Origin: Negaprion brevirostris
Taxonomy: Eukaryota
Assembly (NCBI GenBank): GCA_030324005.1
Contig: JARDVH010000140.1
Location: 31,667,959 to 31,731,958, forward strand
Direction: 5' to 3'
Length of the DNA: 64,000 bases
Position 1 is the first letter of the stretch. Every line of letters begins with the position of its first letter. Shown here one piece after another: positions 1 through 10,439 of this stretch. The notes beneath the pieces are model-generated. The model saw nothing but the letters and a program-made list of their open reading frames with translations. It was not told the DNA's origin and ran no database searches. Position numbers and translations under genes: made by a program.

Positions 1-1035
1 TGATAACAGGACTCTGTCTCCAAAAACACCTTTTTAGTGGTCATTCCTACCACTAACATGTTCAGATGCCTCTGTATGGATAAATCAGTGAGGACGTGGT
101 CAAATAGTTTTTTTTTGTCTTGTTCTTTCCCTCACCGCAATATTCTGTGTCATTCTGGAATAGTTGTTCTTCAGGCCTTACCCAGCTGGGTCAGTAGTGG
201 TGCTACTGAGTCACTCTTGGTGCTAGACATTGAGGCCTCCCACCCAGAGGACATTCTGTGCCCTGGCTAACCTCAGTGATTCTTCTAAATGATGTTCAAT
301 GTGGAGGAGTGCTCATTCACTAGCTGAGGGAGAGTGGTAAATGGTAATGAGCAGGACTTTTACTTGCCTATGTTTGACCAGATGCCATGACACTTCATGC
401 TACACGGGGTCAGTGTTAAAGAATTCCAACACCTCCACATCTGACGGGTCTCTCCTGCTGATGTGTAGGACATATCTGGGGATAGTGATGGAGAAGCCTG
501 GGTCTTGTCTGAAAGATGTGATTTTGTAAGTATAACTGTGTAAAGCAGTTGTTTGATTAGTCTATGGAACTATTTACTCTCCAATTTTCGTACTTGTCCC
601 CACATGTTACAGAGAAGGCCTTTTTAGGGTTGACTGCAGTGGATGTGTCTTTGTCATGTCTGGAGTCTGTGTTAGGGCTGGGTAGTCCATTTGGTTTCAT
701 TCTTATTTGACTTTTTCATCCATGTTTTGATACAATTGACTGTCTCTCTCAGCCATTTCAAATGGCAAGTAAGAATGAACCATATTGCTGGAATCACATT
801 GGGTAAGGACGAGATTCCCTTTCCGAAAGGACGTTAATGGGATAGTTGAGTTTTAATGACAATGTATTAATTTCACTGTCAGTATTACTGATACCCAATT
901 TCTATTCCAGATCTTTCTTTAATTAGCTGAAATTAATTTCACCAGCTGCCCTGGTAGCAGTTGAACTCATGTCTCTAGAGCATTTGTTGAAGTCTCTGGA
1001 TTACCAATGAAATGGCATAACCATATTGCTGCTGT
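1..1035 (-). mobile_element. 5' part of a decayed CR1/L2-group LINE: tRNA-like head followed by APE endonuclease remnant
   Basis: Minus strand ~620-440 translates NMWGQVRKL..HRLIKQ..TVILTKSHL..ITIP, an APE domain I/II-like pattern with a stop and frameshifts. The 5' end (~1035-945) has degenerate A-box and B-box-like motifs (gcaatatggttatg ... gagttcaactgc). Confidence 0.6.
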
Positions 1036-1059
1036 TCCCAGGTGTTAACTCGCCAAAGC

Positions 1060-1470
1060 CCTGACACTTCCTTACTCTTGTACTCCAACCCCCTGGCAAT
1101 AAAGGCCACAAAACATTTGCCTTCCTCATTGTTTGCTGTATTTGAATGCTAACCTTCTGTGATTTGTGTATGAGGACATCCGAATCCCTCTGAATGTGAA
1201 CATTGAATTGGATCTCACCAATTTTGAAAAAAGTTATATTTTCCTTTTCTCCCTGTCAGTGACTAACCTTATATTTCCTCACATTATCACACTATCCACT
1301 GCCTCCTTGCCCCCTCAATTATTCTGTCTATATCCTTTTGCAAATTCGTTATTTCCTCTTCATAGCTTAGTTCCCAAACTAGCTTTGTATCATCAGAAAA
1401 GTTGTATATATTATACTCAGTCCCTTCATCAAATTCTTTAATATAGATGTTAAATAGCTGAGCCTACAGT
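1060..1470 (-). mobile_element. Decayed CR1 LINE RT fragment
   Basis: Contains gcaataaaggcc..acatttgcc (reverse of the ANGMLAFIARG motif) and ttgtatcatcagaaaa (reverse of an FADDT-like motif). Confidence 0.6.
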
Positions 1471-1618
1471 ATGCGACTAGTAACTGGTCCCATTATAGCA
1501 GCTGCAGGTCTGTTTAAGCAAATTGATGGAGATTCCGGTTTGCCTGTGCCAAATGGTGTAGACCCAATCTTGAATGTGATGACTGGTCCCTGTCTGACTG
1601 ACATTGTTATTAATACAG

Positions 1619-1770
1619 GTCCTCCTGACGCCCCACTGGATGTCCAGATAGAAGCATGTCCCACCCCTGGCATTGTGTTAATTAGTTGGCTACCAGTGAC
1701 TATAGATGCTGCAGGGACCTCAAATGGCGTGCGAGTCACTGGATATGCTGTCTATGCTGATGGGCAGAAG
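1619..1770 (+). CDS. TSPOAP1: RIM-binding protein exon, FN3-3 N-terminal part (GPPDAPLDVQIE...YADGQK)
   Basis: Acceptor tacag|GT and donor AAG|gtaaaa, phase 1 to 0. The peptide closely matches my recollection of the RIMBP1/TSPOAP1 FN3 repeat (SWLPVTIDAAGTSNGVRVTGYA) rather than RIMBP2. Confidence 0.92.
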
Positions 1771-1837
1771 GTAAAACTAATTTTCATTTGCTGTGAGTGA
1801 TTCCTACTTAGTCTCTGGCTATAATTGTTAAAGTTTT

Positions 1838-2135
1838 AAAAGTTTATTTATTAGTCACAAATACGCTCACATTAACACTGCAATGAAGTTACTGTGAAAA
1901 TCCCCTAATCGACACACTCCAGCACCTATTTGGGTGCACTGAGAGAGAATTGAGCATGGCCAGTGCACCTAACCAGCACATCTTTTGGACTGTGGGAGGA
2001 AACTGGAGTACCCGGATGAAACACACGCAGACATAGTGTAGAACATGCAGACTTCACACAGACAGTGACCCAAGGCAGGATTTGAACCCAGCTCCTTGGA
2101 GCTGTGAAGCAGCTAACCACTTTGCCACCATGCTG
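1838..2135 (-). mobile_element. V-SINE (HE1-like), tail variant B
   Basis: Reverse tRNA-like head and V domain (tttggactgtgggaggaaac...). Tail reads ...cagtaacttcattgcagtgttaatg on the element strand. Confidence 0.85.
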
Positions 2136-2887
2136 ACTCGGCACACTTTCATACAGTCCTGTTGTTGCCTGCTATCCTCTCTGTTTCACAATTCTCAACG
2201 TGACTACCTATTGTACAATGGGATTACCATTTGTGAGCATTAGGGACAGTGTGATCCAACGCTGAGAATACAGCACTTCTTGTGGATTCCATAGCAATGC
2301 TGCCCAGTGACAGAACCAGCACAATCAGTGCTCAGATGATGCAGTTTAAGTGTATGAACTCGGTTCAAATTAGGTTAGGTTGTGAATAACTGAGAACAAG
2401 GGATACGATAGAAAGTTGTGAAACTGCAGCTAACTTGTGTGACCCATTGCAACTTTCTCCATCAGTGACACTACTTGGGAAAGTAAAGCTGATGCACGCA
2501 CCCATTCATAAATACTTTTGGCATTGATCATGCTCCCCTTGGCCTGCCCTCCAAATTTCACATTTTCTCCTTCACCCCTCCCAACTGGTTGTGCCGATGG
2601 ATGACCCCAGTGTTATCACTGCCATTTGAAGCAGTCCTCGTGTGTAGCCTACACCAATTCCATTCGAATGCAGTTCATTGAATGCTGTATTGATTAGTAA
2701 AAGAGTAATGTTGTGTGACAGAAAATGGGTGTAAACTCAGCAAACTGAGGTTGTCTGCTTCACTCTGAATGATGGCTCCTTGAAAAATTGACACACGTGT
2801 CACTAGCTTTAATTAAGTGAATAACAGGTAAGATTTGATGTAACTTACCTGTCTTTTTCAGTATAACTTTTTCTGATTTCTTCTCAG

Positions 2888-3370
2888 ATTATTGAAGTGG
2901 CATCTCCTACCGCTGGTAGTGTGCTAATAAGACCCTGCCAGATTCAGTTTCTCCAGATTTCAAAGAAACTCACTGTTCGCACCATGTCTCCTTACGGTGA
3001 ATCAGCAGACTCTAACCCCATCAAAATTCCTCAAACTCTGTTTACACTCCCTCTGCACTCTGTGCCATTACAGACTGCCCCTGAAATATGTGCCCATCTG
3101 GACAATAGTCTTCCTCTCAGTAAAGAATTGCCCGGTGTGGATTTTAAGAATGAATCTGATGATCTGCCTGGCAAGGCAGAGGTGGCCCCTGACAAGGTTC
3201 TCAACTGTGAGAATGCCATGGGCTATAACGGGAACGGGCAGGGAAGCTTTCCATCTGCTTTTCAGACTCCGAGTCAAGTGGTCGATGCAATGCCAAATTC
3301 AAGAAGTGTCACTTTTGAAGAACCAGCATCTGCTCAAAGAGATGATACCAAAATGGAACAACATTTGAAG
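2888..3370 (+). CDS. TSPOAP1: RIMBP1 exon, FN3-3 C-terminal part plus linker (IIEVASPTAGSVL...EQHLK)
   Basis: Acceptor ttctcag|ATT and donor AAG|gtaggt. 483 nt, phase 0-0. Encodes VRTMSPYGESADS, an FN3 end motif. Confidence 0.92.
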
Positions 3371-3752
3371 GTAGGTGGAGCTTGCCTTCATCAGTGCACC
3401 AAACAGCTATAATAACAAACTTCCCTGCAACAAACTTTGCATTAAATGGAGTTTTATAGCACTGCGTTATGGGAATGCATCAATATATTACCAAATGTTC
3501 CATTATGGGAATAAAAGTATTAACAGAGAAGTTACATTTTTGGACATTGGTTTCATTTGCCCAATTTGGGGCAGTGACTAGTTTGAANNNNNNNNNNNNN
3601 NNNNNNNNNNNNNNNNNNNNNNNNNNNNNNNNNNNNNNNNNNNNTCTGATTTAGTAAAGAAGGTGGCTCTCTGGGCATGATTTTCAGGAACACAGTGACT
3701 TGCCTGTTTCAGAGAGTGGCTGGTTTTCAGTACTAACTTTAAAGACATGTCA

Positions 3753-4890
3753 GGGGTGATTCTCCCATCCTGATGCGCTAGTTTTTCGCTTGTCGGGCTG
3801 GGAGAATTGCCTGTGGGCCGATTCACAGGATTTGCGCATGAGTTCCCAACATGCGGGCATCTCCGAGCGCTGGGTATCCGGCGCAGTTGGGACCACACTG
3901 GGAACTGCTGGAACCAGCAGGTAAGTTATTTTAATCTTATTTTAATGTTACATAAATGTCATTATTGGGCCTGAGACTGAGGTCTCTGGGCCCACGAGCA
4001 TCACCCATCCTGCCAGTAAAATTTCACTCCTGAGTGAACAGGAGGGGCAGTCAAGCCTGCATCGGGTCAGGCAGCAGTGGGGGGGGGTTGGACCCCTGGG
4101 CCAGGGCACCCTGGCAGTGCCAACCTGAGCCCCCTGCCATTGCCCAAGGGGCACAGTGCCCATTCCCAAGGGCACCTTGGCACTGCAGATCAGGCATCAG
4201 GCAGTGCCAAGGGAGTGGGGCCTTCTGGGGCTGGGGCCTATGGGTGACTGGTGTGGATTCAGGGGTCCCGTTGCCCATCTGCATGGGGATCAATCAGGGC
4301 TGGTGGGAGATCAGTGATCGGGGTGGTCTTGGGAGGATGGCCCACCTCCCGTGGGGTTGGGGTCTGCCGGGTGGGGNNNNNNNNNNNNNNNNNNNNNNNN
4401 NNNNNNNNNNNNNNNNNNNNNNNNNNNNNNNNNNNNNNNNNNNNNNNNNNNNNNNNNNNNNNNNNNNNNNNNNNNNGAGCGGCACGGCGGAGGGGCGTGG
4501 GGGCTGGGGGGCTGAAGATCAGGGCGCTCTGGGATGGGGGGTAGTCGTGGGTGGCTCAGGAATGTCACGGGGGGCATCGATCTGGTCATGGGGATGTTGG
4601 GAGGGGCAGCATTGCGAAGGTCCAGGGCTGGCTTACGATAAAGCTGGCCAGTAAAAGGGAGGCTGACAGTCTGGGGCCACTGCACGTGTGCAGAGTTCTA
4701 GTACTGCCAGACTCTGGTGTGAATAGGCTCCACCCCGCCCGAGCTTTTAATGATATTCACAATCGTGGCTTCTACATTGCACAAGAGTGTGGGAGATTCA
4801 AGTGTGAACTCCCACTGAAAAAAAAAAATCATGATTTACACCAGTTTTCCTGCGAATTCAGCACTTCAAACTTTTTGGGAGGATCACCCG
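3753..4890. mobile_element. Non-autonomous DNA transposon (Harbinger-like) with GC-rich interior
   Basis: Terminal inverted repeats ggggtgattctccca and tgggaggatcacccg. Interior has repeated ggca..tgcc palindromic motifs. Confidence 0.65.
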
Positions 4891-4899
4891 CATTGTTTT

Positions 4900-5062
4900 T
4901 GTTAACTGGCTTGGGGAAAACCTGGTATATGGTTTGCTCGAGACAACTGATTTCCTCCATTACAATAGTGACAACGTTCCCAAAGCACTTCATTAGCTAT
5001 AAAGCACTTATGGACTTCCTGAGGTTGTGAAAAGGGTACATAAGATGCAAATCTTTTTTGCA
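4900..5062 (+). mobile_element. DeuSINE (SacSINE1-like) 3' tail fragment
   Basis: cattacaatagtgac..aagcacttcattagctataaagcac..cctgaggttgtgaaag..atgcaaatcttttt resembles the Deu-SINE 3' tail. Confidence 0.6.
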
Positions 5063-5285
5063 GAGACTGGGTTAGTGGGATATAGTCTCACTGATTAATA
5101 TTCAGGCTACTTTGGTTTCCATTGAAGTTCTTTCTGGTCTCCATGGGTAATCGCAAAGACACTAAAGTCAAAATGCTTACATCCACCTGCAAATTCTGGA
5201 ATTTCATGTGACTGTTTGGAACGTCTGATAAGCCCCAAAAGTTGGTGTCAGTAAAAGTTAACATAATTAACCGATCTGTTTACAG

Positions 5286-5711
5286 GGTGGTACTGCAGAT
5301 TTACTGATTGGTTGTAAAGAAGACAAAGTTGAGGAACAATTGAAAGATGACATGCAAGAGTTGGAAAATGTTCAAATGAAGAGGCCAGTTGTCTCACTTG
5401 AGGATTTTCTTGTGGACTCTGAGCAGAAGGAAGATTCCATTGTCTGTAATTCATACGCTAAAGAAGATTCTGATGAGAAAGTTCTGGAAAGTGATTCAAA
5501 TGGTCAGAGAGTAGAGACCACCAGAAGTATGGAAGCATCAACCAGAACTCTTCCACAAGAGTCAGAGGGCAGTGTTTCCGCAAATAGTATCAGGGTGCCA
5601 TCAATTGAGGAATTTCTGACAAATTCCGAATTAAAGCAGGATGAAGTGTTCGTTCCAGAGGAGGAGCAAGTAACTGATGAGAGCCAGCTCACATCGGAAG
5701 AGATTAATCAG
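5286..5711 (+). CDS. TSPOAP1: RIMBP1 acidic linker exon (GGTADLL...EEINQ)
   Basis: Acceptor tttacag|GGT and donor CAG|gtttgt. 426 nt, phase 0-0, open frame. Contains SIEEFLTNSELKQ, similar to the RIMBP SVDDFL-x-x-SEL motif. Confidence 0.8.
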
Positions 5712-7193
5712 GTTTGTGAAGTGTAACATTGGTGAGCCTCTGATGCTTTCTTCAAATATCATATGAATAAGACAAGAGTTCCCTCTGGATAAAATTAAGT
5801 ATTTACTACATTTGGGTAAATCAGATGCAGCATTCGTTTTGGACACTTCCATTCATCCTTGGGACCGGTTTCAAATCCAGGCCTGAGTGATGAGATGGAA
5901 GCTTCGATATGGGAGTACTGGAACCATCCAAGTTTCTTGCAGGTATGAATATAAAATTCTTGGAAGTCAGGTGAAATTGGGCTCTGCCTTTTCACTCTAT
6001 GGTTTGTGTTAAAATGCAGACCAGATATTGAGCGATGCAAGAATTTACTAGTGACGGTCACACTTCCAACATTGGGTGTTTGATGTTCTTTGGATTTTAA
6101 TCCACTTACTGTCTCACAGAGACCATCTTTATTTAATACCTAATACATGGAGTAAATAAGAAACACAACAAGACCTATCTGAAGGCTATATTAGTCTGTT
6201 CTGCTGATCTCATAGCAATATTTGTCCTTGTTGCCAGCTGCCTTTGATTGCCAGATAATGCATGCTAACGTTCTTGCTATTCACCTTGCAATTTCATGTG
6301 GTTTAGCTGTTAGTAAAGCTCTTCTAATACATCTTAATATTCAGATTTCCAACATTCACAGTATTCTGTTTTTGTTTCATCATTCTTCTGGTTATGGATG
6401 TTCAAAACTGATATTCCCTTAAGGGATTAAAAAGAAAATGAGCTGAGGCACTCTCAATCGATTTCACATCAGCACAAATTGACAGTGCAGATTACTTCAA
6501 TGGATGTTAATAATGTCTGAAAGGCTGCAAAGCCGGTGACAAACTGAGTGGAGGAATGGGTAGAATGATTGGTGCATCGGTACACTGCACGATCAGCTGC
6601 ATCAGAGAGTGGAATGGCAATTCCCAATCATTCCCAATATGATGAGCAACAAATCTCGGGACTGTTAACTGTCAAGCAGCAAGGGTCGCCCGTAAAGAAA
6701 AAATAGGTCAGAGGGCATGTGAAAGCAGAGGCGAGAGGTAGCAGGAGGAGAGATTATTCATCCAGTATTGTGGCCTAGGAATAAGAGCCTGAGGAGGTGA
6801 AAATGATTTCTGAAATTGAAGTAATTAGTGCCTCTAGTCTGGAATATTCAGTAACAATGGAACACAAGTATTGTTTTATAATCCCTGTCAAGGGATCATC
6901 ACAGATTGTCACAATACATTAAGTGCAATTATTAACAGCAATTCATATTTTGGTCTGTTTCAGTCTATGCTCAAATCAAAAATTCCACTGAAGTTAGTTA
7001 CTTTTCTGGAGAAACTCACAGTAAGGAGCATTCATTAATCTTTTGCCAATTGTCCTTTAGCCTCACCCTGACCTACAGGGTTCCCTTGCCGTTTCCCTCT
7101 TGAATCTTAGCTCCTCTTTCTGTGAATCCATCGGTGATGGTCCTTTTATGATGTTGGTCACACATGTTTTTTTGTTTGGGGGAGGTGAGGTGA

Positions 7194-7545
7194 TCATAGA
7201 ATCCCTACAGTATAGAAAGAGGCCATTCGGCCCATCAAGTCTGCACCACTGTAATCCCACCCAGGCCCTATCCCCATATCCCTACACATTTACCCACTAA
7301 TCCCTCTAACCTACGCATCTCAGGACACGAAGGGACAATTTAGCATGGCCAATCAACCTAACCCGCACATCTTTGGACTGTGGGAGGAAACCAGAGCACC
7401 TGGAGGAAACCCACGNNNNNNNNNNNNNNNNNNNNNNNNNNNNNNNNNNNNNNNNNNNNNNNAACTGAATCTGGGTCCCTGGCACTGTGAGGCAGCAATG
7501 CTAACCAGTATGAAACCATGCTGTCCCTGAACCATGCCGCCCTCT
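7194..7545 (-). mobile_element. V-SINE (HE1-like), CR1-type tail
   Basis: Reverse-strand tail catagaatccctacag..ggccattcggcccatc, then V domain and tRNA-like head. Confidence 0.88.
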
Positions 7546-7699
7546 AAATGGAGTTATTAGGTTCTGGAACTGAACACCACATTGCCTCTTACTGACTTCC
7601 TATTTCCTTGTTGAATGCACAGCACATTCGCTGTAAAGCAAATGCGATTTGCCACACTTTGTGTCTGGCTTTTTCCTTCTTATTTCATTTCACCTCCAG

Positions 7700-7873
7700 C
7701 AGATAGATAAGGCCGGGAACCATGAGAATGAAGATTACCCTCTGGGGAGCAGTCGAGGCTCAGACCTCTCGGATATCATGGAGGAGGATGAAGAAGAACT
7801 GGGATCAGACACACAGACAAATGAAGAAGTGCAACAACAGTATTGCAATTTGACCAGGGAGAACTTGCTAAAG
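7700..7873 (+). CDS. TSPOAP1: RIMBP1 exon with conserved SRGSDLSDIMEEDEEEL motif
   Basis: NAGNAG acceptor ctccag|cag|ATA (start 7700 or 7703) and donor AAG|gtaatc, phase 0-0. The motif is a RIMBP hallmark. Confidence 0.9.
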
Positions 7874-8098
7874 GTAATCATCTTAAGCATGTGTCTGGAT
7901 GTATCCATTCTGAATTTGCTGCTACCAGATGAAGGACTCAGACTGAGCCTTGGGCATTATTTCCTTTTGATTAACTGGTGTTCTTCTTTCTTCCCACTCC
8001 TGACTTCTCTCAGTAAGTCACAATGTAACCAAGAAACAGTTACCCCTCAGTTATTGGGACTTGAACTAAGATGAATGGAATCAGGTTGATAGTCCTCA

Positions 8099-8296
8099 GG
8101 CAAGATTCTCCAGCCTCCCAGCCAGGTGTTTCCCGCTGACAGGAGGTGGCATGTTGTTCGCTAGCAGTGGGATTCTCTGGTTCCATGAGAATTTCCATTG
8201 ATGACACCCCACAGAGGCAGAAAAGCCGCAGGCGGGGCTGCGCTGCCGGCGGGACTAGAGAATCCCACCGACACGAATAGCTGGAGAATTCTGACC
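8099..8296. mobile_element. Short MITE with nested inverted repeats
   Basis: TIRs ggcaagattctccagc and gctggagaattctgacc. Inner inverted repeat tgggattctctgg / ctagagaatccca. Flanked by tca on both sides (3-bp TSD). Confidence 0.7.
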
Positions 8297-9413
8297 TCAT
8301 TTTTCTTGCGAGACAGTGCATTAACAGGATAGTTTCATCCTAACCTGATCTGAGTAAAGCACAATGGTAACCCTGAACTTCCATTCTGAAAACTATCACA
8401 TGGCCACAAACACCAGGACATTTTTTTTGGACATTGCAGGATTTTCAGAATTGCTGCAGCACTTCTTATTAATTCATAACAATTGTTGCCATGCAGTGAC
8501 CCTACACAGATGAAAATTATAATATAGAACAGAGTGATTTCTGCCCTATCACTAGTGGATTGAAATCTTGGAATTACAGCCTGTTCCAGGTTTGTAGCCT
8601 GAGGGATATTATCATTTGTTGACCTCACAGAAAAAACCTATAGAAACTGTGGCATTTGTCAGGGTTTTTTGTGAGTTAAAGGGTGAGAGTCTGAAGTGTG
8701 AGAACTTGTTCAGTTTCTGATGGCAACACGTCAACACAACCTCAATAAAGTCACCTGGTTTTAAACTCCTGAGAGCCCCAAACAGCCCCAAACTCCTGAG
8801 AACAGCATTGCTGCAGAAACTACCTCCTTAGGACAAAGGTTTAGATCCATATTCTCTGCTGTTCATCCTAAGTGTAGATATTATGTACTATATGGCTGGG
8901 GGTGGGGGTGGGAGTGGGGGTGGCAGTAAACCATATCTTGCATATTGACAGGAAGAGGGGAGTTACCCAGTCCTGTGCAGGTGAATTAAACCAGTGGAAG
9001 GATAGGAGTGTGAAAACTGAGTGAGCATTAATAGGTAATATTCATTCAAAAGAAGGCATGAAGAAATATTAACAACAGAATTAAAGTAAAGGGAAACCAG
9101 AGATGTATCAGGAATAGGGTATGTTCTCCAGTAAACTGATAGAGTGCTGCTATCTCCGAGTGATAGGTAGTTGTTTTCTCTTATGCGTTCCAGGAAATTC
9201 AATGTTATTGAATGTTTAAAACTGCTCGCCTGAGCGAGGTTCCTGTGTGATGACAAATGTGACAGATTTTCCAACGGGGTGAGCCATTGGGCTGTTCAGA
9301 AAACGCAGAATACGTTTATGCTCTGTCTCAATTACTAAATGCACCCACATAATGTGAAGCAGAGTGCACCAATATACCACTTCAACTGAGTGTACTAATG
9401 TACCACCCCAACA

Positions 9414-10420
9414 GGGCAGGAATATTCTACCAGGGATGGGTGGTGGGCTGGCTGGCGGGGGGTTGGGGGGGGGTGTTGGTGGAGATGTGCGGCATTGCTA
9501 GTGCAATTTACACCACCATGGCAGAGAATGGAAACCTAACTTCAGAAGAGAGAAAAGCAAAGTTGGGAATAGAAGGCAAAATAAAATAGAAAGTAAATGT
9601 GCAAGATTGAAGTGGGGGAGGTGGCATATGCCAGCACCATGGCTGGACAGGAAAGAGTTGTGACGAGGAGTGCCAGAGGGAATTGAGAACAATGCTGAAG
9701 GTTCGGCTATTGGAAGGTCACAGGATGCCAGGGAGTAGATTTATGTGAACATTCCAAGTTTGACAGATGGGACTGATGCCAGGATGTGACAGGTGGACAT
9801 TCACGCTTGCAGCTTAAACACGGTCATTCATTTTCTTGGGGCATTGGATGACAGCCCTCAATGTCAGGTCATTGGCACAGACTGACAGAGCCACTGCATC
9901 CTAGGCTGTATTTGCTTCCCTGCTTCAGGGTTGTCTGCCCACTCAGGAGTCCAGGGTGACCCGTCTCTCCTCTCCTCCACTGCATCCAGAAGCTTTCCAA
10001 GGATCTGTCTCCATGAAGCATGGAGCTGCTCTCCGCGCTACCATCCTCCTGGCTTGACTGGCTGGAGCGTTTAAATGCAGCTCCCTCTTGTTAACAGCGT
10101 ACAACTGTGAGCCAGTTCGGGTAAGTGACAGGCCTTGGGACTCCATAGCAGCATCTTTCACGTGGAAGGGGGCGGTTTTTTTCAGTGCGGACCCTTTGCA
10201 ATCTGATTTACACTGGACATACCAACGTGGATCACACTCGTTTTCTCACCCAAAATGGCAAACTGGGCAGGAGTTTCTGGCCACGCTCACCCTGAAACCG
10301 AAAAATCCCACCCAAGGTCCATGGACCTTTCCATGGTCCGTTCCTCGCCCACTACGATTCCTGTGCCGGGTGGAAAGGGAAAATTCATTCCTTAGTCATT
10401 TTTTGAGAAAATTCTGCCCC
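9414..10420 (-). mobile_element. Harbinger-derived element carrying a decayed Myb/SANT ORF exon and a nested short MITE (~10265-10392)
   Basis: TIR-like ends gggcaggaatattct and gagaaaattctgcccc. Myb/SANT-like translation on the minus strand at 10044-9805. Confidence 0.65.
9805..10044 (-). pseudogene. Myb/SANT-like DNA-binding protein first exon remnant (Harbinger ORF; NAIF1/MSANTD-like)
   Basis: With frameshifts it reads MVARRAAPCFMETD/LGKLLDAVEERR/VTL...NTA*DAVALSVCANDLTLRAVIQCPKKMNDRV*AAS, followed by a gtgaat donor-like site. Confidence 0.7.
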
Positions 10421-10439
10421 CCCTGCATCAGACAACTGG

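Noticed and set aside
1471-1618. ORF extension upstream of the FN3 exon suggesting a start codon
   Set aside because: RIMBP similarity begins only at the 1619 splice acceptor, and the gene's 5' exons lie outside the window.
4034-4654. 206-aa Gly/Trp-rich ORF
   Set aside because: It lies in the GC-rich interior of a non-autonomous transposon, includes an N run, and shows no domain signature.
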